From: a virus
Taxonomy: Duplodnaviria > Caudoviricetes
Strand: one strand, 5' to 3'
Length of the DNA: 64,000 nt
Virus record (IMG/VR): IMGVR_UViG_3300007754_000852
Part shown: positions 49,004 to 58,751 of the stretch, one piece after another
Layout: every line of letters starts with the position of its first letter
Numbering within the stretch: position 1 is the first letter of the stretch
Notes under the pieces: model-generated
Database searches by the model: none
Told to the model about the DNA's origin: nothing
The model's input: only the letters and a program-made list of their open reading frames with translations
Program-made: the position numbers and the translations under genes

Positions 49004-49960
49004 CTAGCTTTTTGTAAGTGTTTCGATGTATATCAAATCAGTGCCGTCAAATGTTACACCAGTATTTTCATAGCCGTATGTTGCACCCTCAATTCTTCCA
49101 TTCATGTACACCTCACCAATAACCTCTTTTGCATTAAGTGTAAACGTATGTGTTCCCGATGCGAGGCCTTCAAGATACCATATAATTTCTGATGTGTCTG
49201 CACAGTTGTTCCATATGTACCTTGCGCCATAAAATATTGGGCTTAATGACCCATTGCTACCGCTAAACTGATAAACAGCGCCGCCGGCCGAAGCCTCAGC
49301 TATCTGTGATGGATAAAACATCATTTTAACATCTGACGTTTCTGTTAGTGTTATACTGGCACTAACAATACCTTGCATCGTATTTGTAAGAGAAATTTCT
49401 TTATTGTTTGTGCCACTAGCAAATAATATATTTTTGGACACCATTTCTGTAACAGCAACACCAGATATTTTTCCAACCCTCGTTAGCGCACGATTAACTG
49501 TCTCAGCCCATATAATATCAAAACCTTTTCCATTTGTGTCATTGTTTGCATAGTGATTACATGTAATTTGTCCTGCAAGAGGTTTTCCTTTAAAGTAAAA
49601 CGTATGTGATCCAGTGGGTACATTTTCAAAAACATGCATACATGAAAGACTTTGTGCAACATATTGTGTACTTTTGCTAAAAGTTATATATTCCGGACCT
49701 GTTTCATCATAGCTTGTGCTAAACTGTCCCAATGCCGATCCACCATTTTCTTCATATGCAATGCTGGGACAAAATGTCACTTTAACATCTGAGACTGTGT
49801 CAAGCGTCAACTCAGTACTGACAATTGTCTTGTATGGCTTTCCTGATCCGGGTAGGTCTAGCCACGTAGTTCCCTCGTTAGCCCCGCTTGAAAATAAAAC
49901 ATTTGAACCGTCTGATGATGTGATAAATGTTACACCTGTAATTTTTTTTATATTTGACAT
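49004..49960 (-). CDS. Two-domain beta-sandwich protein, possible fibre tip or accessory
   Basis: Internal duplication: VS..LTL...SDVK..F.PS...G.HTF. Confidence 0.6.
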   Translation of the reverse strand: MSNIKKITGVTFITSSDGSNVLFSSGANEGTTWLDLPGSGKPYKTIVSTELTLDTVSDVKVTFCPSIAYEENGGSALGQFSTSYDETGPEYITFSKSTQYVAQSLSCMHVFENVPTGSHTFYFKGKPLAGQITCNHYANNDTNGKGFDIIWAETVNRALTRVGKISGVAVTEMVSKNILFASGTNNKEISLTNTMQGIVSASITLTETSDVKMMFYPSQIAEASAGGAVYQFSGSNGSLSPIFYGARYIWNNCADTSEIIWYLEGLASGTHTFTLNAKEVIGEVYMNGRIEGATYGYENTGVTFDGTDLIYIETLTKS

Positions 49961-50440
49961 TTATCTGTTTATTGTTTCAATATAAAGTACATCTCTTCCT
50001 TCGTTGACGCCGTCGACGCCAGCTACACGATTCATTTTTACCTCACCATTAATTGATTTGACCATCAGCGTAAATGTTTGTGTTCCAGACGGAACATCTG
50101 AAAAAATCCACTGGAAACCTGCAGAGTGTGTTTCCCATGACCACCCACCACGTGTAAAATACCATTCAGGGCTGTTTTCAATTGTTCCGTCACTACAGCT
50201 AATGTATGCAAGCCCACGGCCTTGAGCTACATCTTCACGAATTCGAGAAGGAGACCAATAAGCTTTTACATCGGAAGTAGTTGTAAGAGCCAGACTTGCG
50301 CTAACATGTGACACATAGCTACTTCCAATATCAACATCATCAAATAGCTCATATGTTCCAGATGAAAATAGTTTTGGTAGCTCGTCTACAGGGCTGCTGC
50401 TAGTTGTAAACGTAGCACCGCTAAAGACAATTGCACCCAT
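49961..50440 (-). CDS. Single-domain paralogue of the 49004 protein
   Basis: VSASLALTTTSDVKAYWSPS...GTQTFTL...GEVKMN. Confidence 0.6.
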   Translation of the reverse strand: MGAIVFSGATFTTSSSPVDELPKLFSSGTYELFDDVDIGSSYVSHVSASLALTTTSDVKAYWSPSRIREDVAQGRGLAYISCSDGTIENSPEWYFTRGGWSWETHSAGFQWIFSDVPSGTQTFTLMVKSINGEVKMNRVAGVDGVNEGRDVLYIETINR

Positions 50441-50444
50441 TGTT

Positions 50445-51392
50445 TTATCCTAGCTCAACCCAGTCGCCGCTGGGATTAAAGTAGAATACGTTTGCTGTAT
50501 CTGTGCACCAACCCACAACACGAACGAAATTACCAGCAGTAGAAGGAGCTGTTGTATCAACTTTTCCCGCTGTTGTACTTACAAATATAGCCTCTCCCTT
50601 TATAAAATTATTTAGTTCTGTTGTTCCGTCAAAAAATCCCCTAATCAACAATCCATTTGCAACAGTTGTTCCTAGCGCAATTGCTATCATTTGTGAGCTT
50701 CCTGATGTAATTATATTTGCATCTGCATATTTCCATATGCCGCCTGAGTCTAGGCACATTAACTTTCCTGCAGCAAGTGTATCAGTTACGTCTTCTGTGC
50801 CGAATGTTATAACTTCGCCGCCGCCAGTATCATTTGCCAAACTAGAAGGATCATGATGCACATCTAATCCAACCTTTGGAGATGTTGTTCCAATCCCAAC
50901 AATGTTATTTGTGTCATCATAAAAAATTCCAGATGTGCCACCAAAAGAGCTATTATTGTTATACTGAATTTGACCATCTGATCCACCTGGGCTTCCTCCT
51001 CCTCCTCCGGATCCAGATGTCAAATCTGTTTCTGCAACATCAAAAGATTGCCAGTAAATTTTTCCGTCTGTCTTTGTATAAAGCCAGCCTTCTCCGTCAC
51101 CTGGCGCGGATGGTGTCGAACCTTGCTCAGACGTAATTGCTATTTTCCCAGATACATCTAATAATGATATTGGTGTTGATGAGCCTACTCCCACACGATC
51201 GTTTGCGCCGTCGACAAATAACATGTGTGCGTTACTATCGCTTTCAACCCTAAAATCATGTATAGACCCCTCTTCGTTGAATATTGCTGCTCCAGAAACT
51301 ATCAGCGTTGCATATGTCGTACCTTCAGACCCAGAGACAATAATTCCTTCATTGAACTTAACAGTTCCTGCACCGTAATTCTTAACTGCCAC
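50445..51392 (-). CDS. Tail-fibre-like protein
   Basis: DFRVESDSN...LFVDG..DRVGVG, PGGSDGQIQYN, VGIGTTSP. Confidence 0.65.
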   Translation of the reverse strand: MAVKNYGAGTVKFNEGIIVSGSEGTTYATLIVSGAAIFNEEGSIHDFRVESDSNAHMLFVDGANDRVGVGSSTPISLLDVSGKIAITSEQGSTPSAPGDGEGWLYTKTDGKIYWQSFDVAETDLTSGSGGGGGSPGGSDGQIQYNNNSSFGGTSGIFYDDTNNIVGIGTTSPKVGLDVHHDPSSLANDTGGGEVITFGTEDVTDTLAAGKLMCLDSGGIWKYADANIITSGSSQMIAIALGTTVANGLLIRGFFDGTTELNNFIKGEAIFVSTTAGKVDTTAPSTAGNFVRVVGWCTDTANVFYFNPSGDWVELG

Positions 51393-51440
51393 ACTTTCTC
51401 CCGATAGATAACCTATAATCTAACTATCAAAGAAATACTG

Positions 51441-52379
51441 CTATTGTCTCCTGTCAAGACAGTATACAGGTGTTTGTTTAACTTCTTCTAGCAAAGAATC
51501 AAGATCAAGACCAGCACAATCAATTTTATTTTTTGTGAAGTTGTAGTGGTTGCAGAATCCATTGAACCTTCCTTTTGCTACGTCATCATTCATCGTTGTG
51601 TCAAGAACACCTTGGGAATTTTTTGGGAACTCAAGCGGGATACCAAGGCCGACATGGATCGCCTTCCAGAGAGCCTTAAGCGCCTCGATCTGAACTGGGT
51701 AGAAATCTAAAAATGGCTTTTTCTTATTACCGTGCACCCATCCTTCTGTCTGAAGCGGCCGCTCTCCGAAGCCATTCTTGACATACCAGTCCTGATATTT
51801 TGTATAGTACGCATCAGAAATTTCAACTCCGATACCTTTCTTGTTTCCGTGTCGATTTCCTGCATGCCAGGCGCCATGCTGTGTGTCAAGAAGCTGGTAT
51901 ATCGTTCCGTCATTATCGATGCAAAAGTGAATTGATATTCCCCGATTATTTAGAACCTTTGCACAAGACTCTGAGCTGAGACACACGTCCCAGTGGTTGA
52001 CAAAGTGTGTCGGCTGTCTGTCCTCTTTGCTGCTATTATCATAGTATGTTCCTGGATTCATCTTTAACCCGCCTGGCTCATCCCAAAGCACAACCTTGTC
52101 CCACTCAATTGAAATAAAATGACTATTGTGAACTATGTGCTTAGACCCCTGACGGTGAGGAACAGATCTCGGCTTGTAGTCTGAGATGTTAGACTGTCTT
52201 TCCGTCCATATCCTTCTATGCGTCATCGGACCGACAAGCCCGTCAGACTTTAGATCATTCTCTCTCTGCCACTTTCTTACAGCCTTTAGAAGATCATCGT
52301 CAAAATATTCAGCCCCGAACCAGGAGGGATCCCAATCGAGGCTGTCTGCGCTTGACTTATTGTAAAATATTTTATCCAT
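51441..52379 (-). CDS. N-acetylmuramoyl-L-alanine amidase with N-terminal peptidoglycan-binding domain (endolysin candidate)
   Basis: WQRENDLKSDGLVGP; VNHWD, IHFCIDNDGTIYQ, WHAG, IGVEI, NHYNF..K.DC. Confidence 0.85.
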   Translation of the reverse strand: MDKIFYNKSSADSLDWDPSWFGAEYFDDDLLKAVRKWQRENDLKSDGLVGPMTHRRIWTERQSNISDYKPRSVPHRQGSKHIVHNSHFISIEWDKVVLWDEPGGLKMNPGTYYDNSSKEDRQPTHFVNHWDVCLSSESCAKVLNNRGISIHFCIDNDGTIYQLLDTQHGAWHAGNRHGNKKGIGVEISDAYYTKYQDWYVKNGFGERPLQTEGWVHGNKKKPFLDFYPVQIEALKALWKAIHVGLGIPLEFPKNSQGVLDTTMNDDVAKGRFNGFCNHYNFTKNKIDCAGLDLDSLLEEVKQTPVYCLDRRQ

Positions 52380-52791
52380 CGCTTTCCTTTATCTCTCCTT
52401 CTAGCTTCTTCCACCTCCCTTTACCAGAGAATCTTGTAATTCCATGCGGACGAGGTTCATCAAATTCATCTAGTGATACAAATATAATCTTATCAACTGA
52501 CAATAGTATCTTTTTTGTTCTTTTATTTCTTACTTCCATCTTTAGTGTTATTGATGTTGTTCCAAATTTAACTATATCAGTTCCAAACTCAACAACGTCT
52601 CCCAGCCTGGCAGGATATCTAAAGTTTATTTCTGACATGTGAACTGTTGCAATATTTCTAGTTCCAAGCTGGCAAAAACAAAATATTGATGCCTCTTCAT
52701 CACACCACTCAAGAAGTCTTCCTCCAAATAGTGTCCCTCTCGCATTGAGATCTTCAGACTTTATAAGCCTTCTAGCTCTATATTCTATCAT
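52372..52791 (-). CDS. Hot-dog fold acyl-CoA thioesterase
   Basis: DLNARGTLFGGRLLEWCDE, INFRYP. Confidence 0.85.
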   Translation of the reverse strand: MIEYRARRLIKSEDLNARGTLFGGRLLEWCDEEASIFCFCQLGTRNIATVHMSEINFRYPARLGDVVEFGTDIVKFGTTSITLKMEVRNKRTKKILLSVDKIIFVSLDEFDEPRPHGITRFSGKGRWKKLEGEIKESDG

Positions 52792-53396
52792 TCAAAATCG
52801 ATATCTGCGGTAATTGTAATATTGAGCTTAGGCACTCTTAACTGATTTGCAAGCCCATGCTTTTTAGCCTCTTCAGAATCTAAAAACCAATCTGCGTGAC
52901 CTTTTTTATGAACTAGCTTCAAAAAATAATCATCCCTTTTTCCGCAGTTTCTTGCCATCATCTTATAAATGATCTGATTTAATCTCTCAGTCTCCTCTGC
53001 AGAAGCCTTAATCTCTTCCACCTTTCCCCGTTCCATTGAAGACACATCATGGATCATCAGCGTGGCATCAGGATCCATGAACCGCAATCCATCCGCTCCA
53101 AATGAAAAAAGAATGGCGCCACATGACATTGCCTTACCTTCAACAATTGTAGCAACAGGTAACTCAGAATGTTTTATAGCTGAAATCATTGACATCAAAC
53201 TGTAAACCTGTCCTCCATATGAGTCTATGGTGATCGGAATAACTTTTTGACCTGTGTTATGAGCTTGTGCAACTGATTCATGAAATTCTTTTGCGGATTT
53301 CTCATCAAACTTATTTACTCTCACTATTACAGGATTCTTTCTCAGCTCAAATTCTTTAAGCAAGGGTGATATTTTTGTCGTCCACTTCATACACAA
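52788..53396 (-). CDS. ClpP-family protease
   Basis: IDSYGGQVY, AMSCG (Ser), LMIHD (His), DWFL...EA..HGLA. Confidence 0.88.
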   Translation of the reverse strand: MCMKWTTKISPLLKEFELRKNPVIVRVNKFDEKSAKEFHESVAQAHNTGQKVIPITIDSYGGQVYSLMSMISAIKHSELPVATIVEGKAMSCGAILFSFGADGLRFMDPDATLMIHDVSSMERGKVEEIKASAEETERLNQIIYKMMARNCGKRDDYFLKLVHKKGHADWFLDSEEAKKHGLANQLRVPKLNITITADIDFE

Positions 53397-53428
53397 TACC
53401 TATAGAAGAAATATTTTTTTTTATTTAA

Positions 53429-55882
53429 CTAACACTTGCTATATCCGCATGATTTACATGCGACACATCCTTCCTGATATGCCAGGCTATTCTCAGACCC
53501 ACAACTAGAACACGACTTATTTCCTCCGGGCTCTAAGCCATCAATAATGTAATTTTTAAGAACTCTTGCAACAACCTTTGAGAATGAAAATAGATCAGCA
53601 TCTCGATCACCCTTCTGAAGCTGCTCACAGATATAGTGAACGGGTGCGCCGTGACGAAGAGCAAGAGATATCGTCCTTGTAAAAGATGTATGATTTGGAT
53701 TATCAAACACCTTCACAATATTCTTAATAACAACCTCATCTCCATTCTCACCAAATCTTAAATCATATATTGAATTCATCGTCTTTCTTAGATGCTTTAC
53801 AATAATGCCTTTTCGATATTTTCTGGGAATTTCAATATACTCAGACAGACCGCCCAGAATTTCGTAAGGCTTGCTATTCATCAGACCTATGAGTATTGTC
53901 CACTTCTCACCCTTAATTGACACATGATGAATGTCACACTCAAGATCATTTGGTCTCTTTGGCGCAGAATGTGTTGTAAACGTTTCGTTGTTATTTTTCT
54001 TATCAACTAGAACGCCTGCACGAGAACCCTCTCTATACACTGTGAAACCCTTGCAACCTGATTCCCACGCCTTCTCGTAGATCTCTCTAACAGCTTCCTT
54101 TGACACGTTAGCAGGAAGGTTGCAGGTGCTTGCTATTGAGTGATCTATCCACTTTTGTGCTGCAGCTTGGATCTCAACCCTCCGCAGCCAGTCAATTTCT
54201 GAAGCCGTTGCTTCCCAATACGGTGATTCCTCAATATTATCGTTTTCTGTTACGTCAACCCATCTCTGGACACCGTGATGATGAACGTCATACTCGACCC
54301 ACTTATCACCCATGTCGTCGACGAAGCTTGCCTCAACATTTTCACCATGAGTTATCTTTCTTCTACGAGTGTATGTTAACATAAAAACCGGCTCAATTCC
54401 TGATGATGTTTGGGTTAAAGTTGAAACTGAACCAGCGGGCGCCGTTGTAGTAAGCGCAATATTTCTCCTACCGTTTCTTTCATATAGATCATAAAGCTCA
54501 TCGCTTGATCGCAAGAGCTTTTCAAGATGTGGGTTACCTGACTCACTCGCATGAGAGAAGACAGGAAATGTACCTCTCTCTCCAGCCATTATACACGATG
54601 AGATGTGAGAATTGACGCCGAGGTTTTTGTAGATCTTTTCAACAACCTTGACAGATTTCTCTGATCCGTATCTGATGCCTAGCATCGCAAGAGTGTCGGC
54701 GACACCTGTAACACCCAAGCCTGTTCGACGGCCTCGTAGTGCCTGTCGCTTGACTCCCTTCCATAGGTCGATCTCAATTCTCTTAATGTTTTCAGGCTCA
54801 GGATCGTTAGCTATCTTATCTATTATCTTATCAACCTGCTCTACCTCAAGATCGATCAGATCATCCATTAGCCTCTGGGACTTCTGAACAACTGTTGCAA
54901 ACTTTGTCCAATTGAACCTAGCATGAGTCTCAAACGGCTTCTGAACAAACTTTGTGAGGTTCACAACCATCAACCGGCAACTGTCGCGCGGGCTCAAAAT
55001 TATCTCTCCGCACGGGTTACTTGACACTGTTTTAAAGCCTACATCTGCATAGCAGTCAGGAATTGAGTTATTGATCACATTATCCCAGAAAAATATTCCA
55101 GGTTCGGCCATTGACCACGCTGAATCTACAATCTGATCCCAGACTTCTGACGCTCTTACAGTTTTTGTGATTGCTGGATTATCAGAATCAACTGGCCATT
55201 GAAGCTGATATTCTTCGTCGTTTTTGGCGGCGATCATAAATTCATCATTCAAACGAATTGAAATATTGGCACCGGTTACCTTCTTGAGATCGCGTTTTAT
55301 ATTGATGAACGTTTCGATCTCAGGATGACGGCAATCGATCGAAATTAATAAGGCTCCGCGTCGTCCGCCCTGGGCTACTTCTCTCGTAGAGTTTGAAAAG
55401 CGCTCCATGAAGATGCCGATGCCGTCAGTTGTTCGAGCAGCATTTGACGTTGCGAGGCCCTTTGGTCTGATATTCGAGATGTCAAAACCCACTCCTCCGC
55501 GGCGTTTCATTATCTGGACCTGCTCCTGATCAGTGTGAAGAATTCCTGCATATGAGTCAGAAGGAGAGTCGATGACAAAACAGTTTGATAATGACTGTAG
55601 CTGGTGATCATTTCCAATTCCAGACATGGGTGAACCTTGCGGAACCACCTGCCACGTCGAGAGAAGGTCATAGATCTCATCCTCAGTCATTGGGTTGGGA
55701 TAATTTGACTCAATCCTTGCAAACTCAGAAGCCAGTCTTCGATGCATATCGTCTGGCGTTAACTCAAGAACATCTCCATTGCTGTCTGTTAGCGCATATT
55801 TTGTGGCAAAAACTGTTGCTGCTAAGTGATCTCCGCTAAAATAATCAACACTAGCATCAATCACTTTATCAACTTTTGCCAT
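53429..55882 (-). CDS. nrdJ: Class II (B12-dependent) ribonucleotide reductase
   Basis: SLSNCFV, GGVGFD, TGANIS, SNPCGE, RRTGLG, TTAPAGS, KGFTVYREGSR, C-terminal Zn ribbon. Confidence 0.93.
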   Translation of the reverse strand: MAKVDKVIDASVDYFSGDHLAATVFATKYALTDSNGDVLELTPDDMHRRLASEFARIESNYPNPMTEDEIYDLLSTWQVVPQGSPMSGIGNDHQLQSLSNCFVIDSPSDSYAGILHTDQEQVQIMKRRGGVGFDISNIRPKGLATSNAARTTDGIGIFMERFSNSTREVAQGGRRGALLISIDCRHPEIETFINIKRDLKKVTGANISIRLNDEFMIAAKNDEEYQLQWPVDSDNPAITKTVRASEVWDQIVDSAWSMAEPGIFFWDNVINNSIPDCYADVGFKTVSSNPCGEIILSPRDSCRLMVVNLTKFVQKPFETHARFNWTKFATVVQKSQRLMDDLIDLEVEQVDKIIDKIANDPEPENIKRIEIDLWKGVKRQALRGRRTGLGVTGVADTLAMLGIRYGSEKSVKVVEKIYKNLGVNSHISSCIMAGERGTFPVFSHASESGNPHLEKLLRSSDELYDLYERNGRRNIALTTTAPAGSVSTLTQTSSGIEPVFMLTYTRRRKITHGENVEASFVDDMGDKWVEYDVHHHGVQRWVDVTENDNIEESPYWEATASEIDWLRRVEIQAAAQKWIDHSIASTCNLPANVSKEAVREIYEKAWESGCKGFTVYREGSRAGVLVDKKNNNETFTTHSAPKRPNDLECDIHHVSIKGEKWTILIGLMNSKPYEILGGLSEYIEIPRKYRKGIIVKHLRKTMNSIYDLRFGENGDEVVIKNIVKVFDNPNHTSFTRTISLALRHGAPVHYICEQLQKGDRDADLFSFSKVVARVLKNYIIDGLEPGGNKSCSSCGSENSLAYQEGCVACKSCGYSKC

Positions 55883-55899
55883 AGTGAGCTCCTGTCGGC

Positions 55900-57303
55900 C
55901 TATTTGTCATTAATTTCCTTCCATTTACTTCTAAGAAGCCCTTTCATAGATGCATTGTCTGACGCCATCACCTCGTCAATAGATAATTCATCGCTACCTT
56001 CTACAATAACAAATTTTGACATAGACGTATCTAGTTTGACAGGAAATAATATTCCATCCTTTCCCGCCCTGTTTTTTGCAACAAACAACCTACCCTCTCC
56101 AGATGCCTTCTCAGATGACTTCCTTGAGAGAGATAAAACAATATCTGACACCATCGCCTTGCCATAGGCTTCAGACATATTTTCAAGACCTATGATTGAT
56201 GAATTCGCCGATTCTCTATGGGCTTGGCTTGCGGTCCAGACAGGTACGTTTAGGTCCATTGCAAAATTTCTTATCTCTTCATAGATTGATTTTAACTCGT
56301 GCCTTAGACTTTCATGCTTTCTTGATGATCTCATGATATCAGCATAGTCAATTATGATGAGACTTGGAATAAATGACCTAAGCAATAATTTTTCTAAGTG
56401 ATTTCTTATAGTCATGATCGTTGCTGAACCTGTTGGGAATGACTTTATGATCAGCCTTCCAAGATCCATCCCCTCATACATAGATAAGATCTCATCCTTT
56501 CTATCTATCACATCATTATTTGGTATATTACAGAGGTTTGAATCATATCTAAGACCCACACATGCTTCAGACAGCTCAAATGTATAGTGAACAACATTTT
56601 TTCCTATTCTTAATGCCTCTGAACCCACATGAACGAGAAAATGTGACTTTCCTCCTCCTGTGCTTGCAATGATGACGCCTATCTCTCCTCTTCCCAGCCC
56701 TCCATTCAGAACGCTCTTTTTATCAAGCTGCTTAATTCCAGTCGGACATGTTGATCTCGCAGTCTTAGAAAATCTAACGTTTGCATCGTCAAAAAAATCA
56801 TGACCGATAGATGATGGTGTTCCGACAGAAAGGGCATCTTTTATTACATCAATAACAGACTCATATCTATCTGTTGATATAAGCTCAACAGCCTTTTCTA
56901 GAGCATCTTTTAAAGCCTGCTTTTTGCAAAAGTCAAGCGTCTTATCCTTGACAAACTGTAGATCTCCCATATCAGGATTTGTCTTAACCCTGTGAAGAAA
57001 CTCAATTATCTGATCTCGCAAAAGAACATCGTGACCTTCACGCAGCTCGTCTCTAATAATTGTTATAAGTAGAGACAATGTTGGAAATGACTTATACGTC
57101 TCATGATAGTCAAAATATTTTCCCGTTAGATACTTTAGATATCTTACATCAAAATAGTCAGGTGTCATCACCTCAGATAGCTGTGATGCCCACTGTTTAT
57201 CTGTCAATAAGCACTGAAATATTTTCTCCTGAAACTGTTTTCCATACTGTTTAAAGCATGCTGTGTCTATCTCAGTGCTCACTTTTTCTCCAGGTTTCTG
57301 CAT
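55900..57303 (-). CDS. Replicative DnaB/gp41-like helicase
   Basis: STGGGKS, YTFELSE, IIIDYAD, WTASQ, KNRAG. Confidence 0.92.
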   Translation of the reverse strand: MQKPGEKVSTEIDTACFKQYGKQFQEKIFQCLLTDKQWASQLSEVMTPDYFDVRYLKYLTGKYFDYHETYKSFPTLSLLITIIRDELREGHDVLLRDQIIEFLHRVKTNPDMGDLQFVKDKTLDFCKKQALKDALEKAVELISTDRYESVIDVIKDALSVGTPSSIGHDFFDDANVRFSKTARSTCPTGIKQLDKKSVLNGGLGRGEIGVIIASTGGGKSHFLVHVGSEALRIGKNVVHYTFELSEACVGLRYDSNLCNIPNNDVIDRKDEILSMYEGMDLGRLIIKSFPTGSATIMTIRNHLEKLLLRSFIPSLIIIDYADIMRSSRKHESLRHELKSIYEEIRNFAMDLNVPVWTASQAHRESANSSIIGLENMSEAYGKAMVSDIVLSLSRKSSEKASGEGRLFVAKNRAGKDGILFPVKLDTSMSKFVIVEGSDELSIDEVMASDNASMKGLLRSKWKEINDK

Positions 57304-58250
57304 GCTAAAAACATTCTATCAACATTAAACGTCTGAATTCCCTCTCTAATAAAAATTCTCATCATTTTCATCTTGTTTCTTGTAGGATCAAACATATCAA
57401 TACTGTCATTTATCTTCTTTATCTGACTTGCAGATAAGTTGTTCGTGTCAAGTAGTATTAGTTTCCAATTTCTTCTAATTACACCTTCTAAATTAAGAAT
57501 GTTCAAGTATGCTTTTACTTTACTTCCAGACTCAACCATGTCACGTGAGTGCCTGATGACGTCATCAATCAAAACATCAGACTTTTCACTCATCATTGGA
57601 AACCTATTGGCAAGAGTTTTAAATCCAACACCTTGCACTCCGTCAATATTGTCTGCCGGATCTCCGCAAACTGACTTTGCAAGACAAAAATTTTGTGGAG
57701 ATATTTTAAACTTTTCTCTTACCTCTTTTGACGTCACTAATTTTTTCCAGGTTGGTGAAAATATTATTGTACTTTTATCTAGAAGCTGATAAAAATCTTT
57801 ATCTGATGAAATTATTAGCTTTTTATTATCTGCATATTTGTATTTACAGATATATCCGATTACGTCATCTGCTTCACAGTCTGGAACATATATCTGACAC
57901 ACAGGAGTGTTATTTAACAGCTCTATGATGAGAGAAACCTGACTGTTTCTATTATTAACAGTATCTGGAAGTTCATCACCATAGAATCTATTTAGCTTTG
58001 CCGGTCTTCGCTTCTGTTTATACTCAGAGTAGATTGATCTTTTTCTAGACGACCCACCCGACTCCCAGGCAACAATTACTTTTTTAGGGTTGTATTTTTC
58101 AACCATTCCTATCATTGAATATAGAAATCCTACGACACCACCTACCTGTTCACCTGTCGATGACACAGCAGGATTTGCAACAAAGTGACGAGTAAACAGA
58201 TTTAATCCATCAATAATCAGAATTAAATCACGAGACCCTGAGCCTTGCAA
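57279..58250 (-). CDS. 5'-3' exonuclease (PolI N-terminal / T4 RNase H-like)
   Basis: IDGLNLF, EADDVIG, SSDKDFYQL, GDPADNIDGV.GVG.KT. Confidence 0.92.
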   Translation of the reverse strand: MQGSGSRDLILIIDGLNLFTRHFVANPAVSSTGEQVGGVVGFLYSMIGMVEKYNPKKVIVAWESGGSSRKRSIYSEYKQKRRPAKLNRFYGDELPDTVNNRNSQVSLIIELLNNTPVCQIYVPDCEADDVIGYICKYKYADNKKLIISSDKDFYQLLDKSTIIFSPTWKKLVTSKEVREKFKISPQNFCLAKSVCGDPADNIDGVQGVGFKTLANRFPMMSEKSDVLIDDVIRHSRDMVESGSKVKAYLNILNLEGVIRRNWKLILLDTNNLSASQIKKINDSIDMFDPTRNKMKMMRIFIREGIQTFNVDRMFLACRNLEKK

Positions 58251-58253
58251 AGC

Positions 58254-58751
58254 TTAATCCTCTGGATCAACAATTAAAACGTCTTCAGATAGAGATTTCA
58301 TCTCTTCATACGACTCTAAGTCAATGCTAGCTTCATCTATGCTGAATTGTTTTACCATCGCTATCTCAAGAATGTCATCGACATACTGGCTATATTCTGT
58401 GTTTCTCATGATATCGCAAAATTCATTTTTTCTAAATTTTTTATCTATGACGATCTCACCTGTCTTTACATCTGTTACACTCATGGTCTTCCATCCACCT
58501 GTGCCTGCTAGCAAGATCTCCTTTCCATTAACAGTCTCAGGCCCGTGCTTTCTCAAAAGATCAAAAATTTGCTCGTGCTCTTTAATTCCCACACCAAAGT
58601 GAATCTCAAAATTTATTTTTCTAAATGGAGGGGCAACCTTATTTTTAATTGTCTTTGCAGACACATGAATTCCGATGACATCATCACCATCCTTTATCTG
58701 CTGTCCAGCTCCTAGCTTTATTCTAGTTGAAGCATGAAAAGGTATTGCTCT
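58254..58751 (-). CDS. recA: RecA 3' exon (165 codons plus stop)
   Basis: Frame open to 58751: RAIPFHASTRIKLG...KTIKNKVAPPFR...GI, the direct continuation of TTPGG. Confidence 0.92.
   Translation of the reverse strand, partial: RAIPFHASTRIKLGAGQQIKDGDDVIGIHVSAKTIKNKVAPPFRKINFEIHFGVGIKEHEQIFDLLRKHGPETVNGKEILLAGTGGWKTMSVTDVKTGEIVIDKKFRKNEFCDIMRNTEYSQYVDDILEIAMVKQFSIDEASIDLESYEEMKSLSEDVLIVDPED

Noticed and set aside
52788-53396. ClpP-like protein as the prohead protease acting on the Glu motifs
   Set aside because: It is not beside capsid or portal genes and ClpP is not known for Glu-specific cleavage; no supporting evidence.
26334-57303. Inteins or introns in dnaE, nrdJ or the helicase
   Set aside because: Lengths and motif order are continuous; no C...HN(C/S/T) insertions or group I core elements were noticed.
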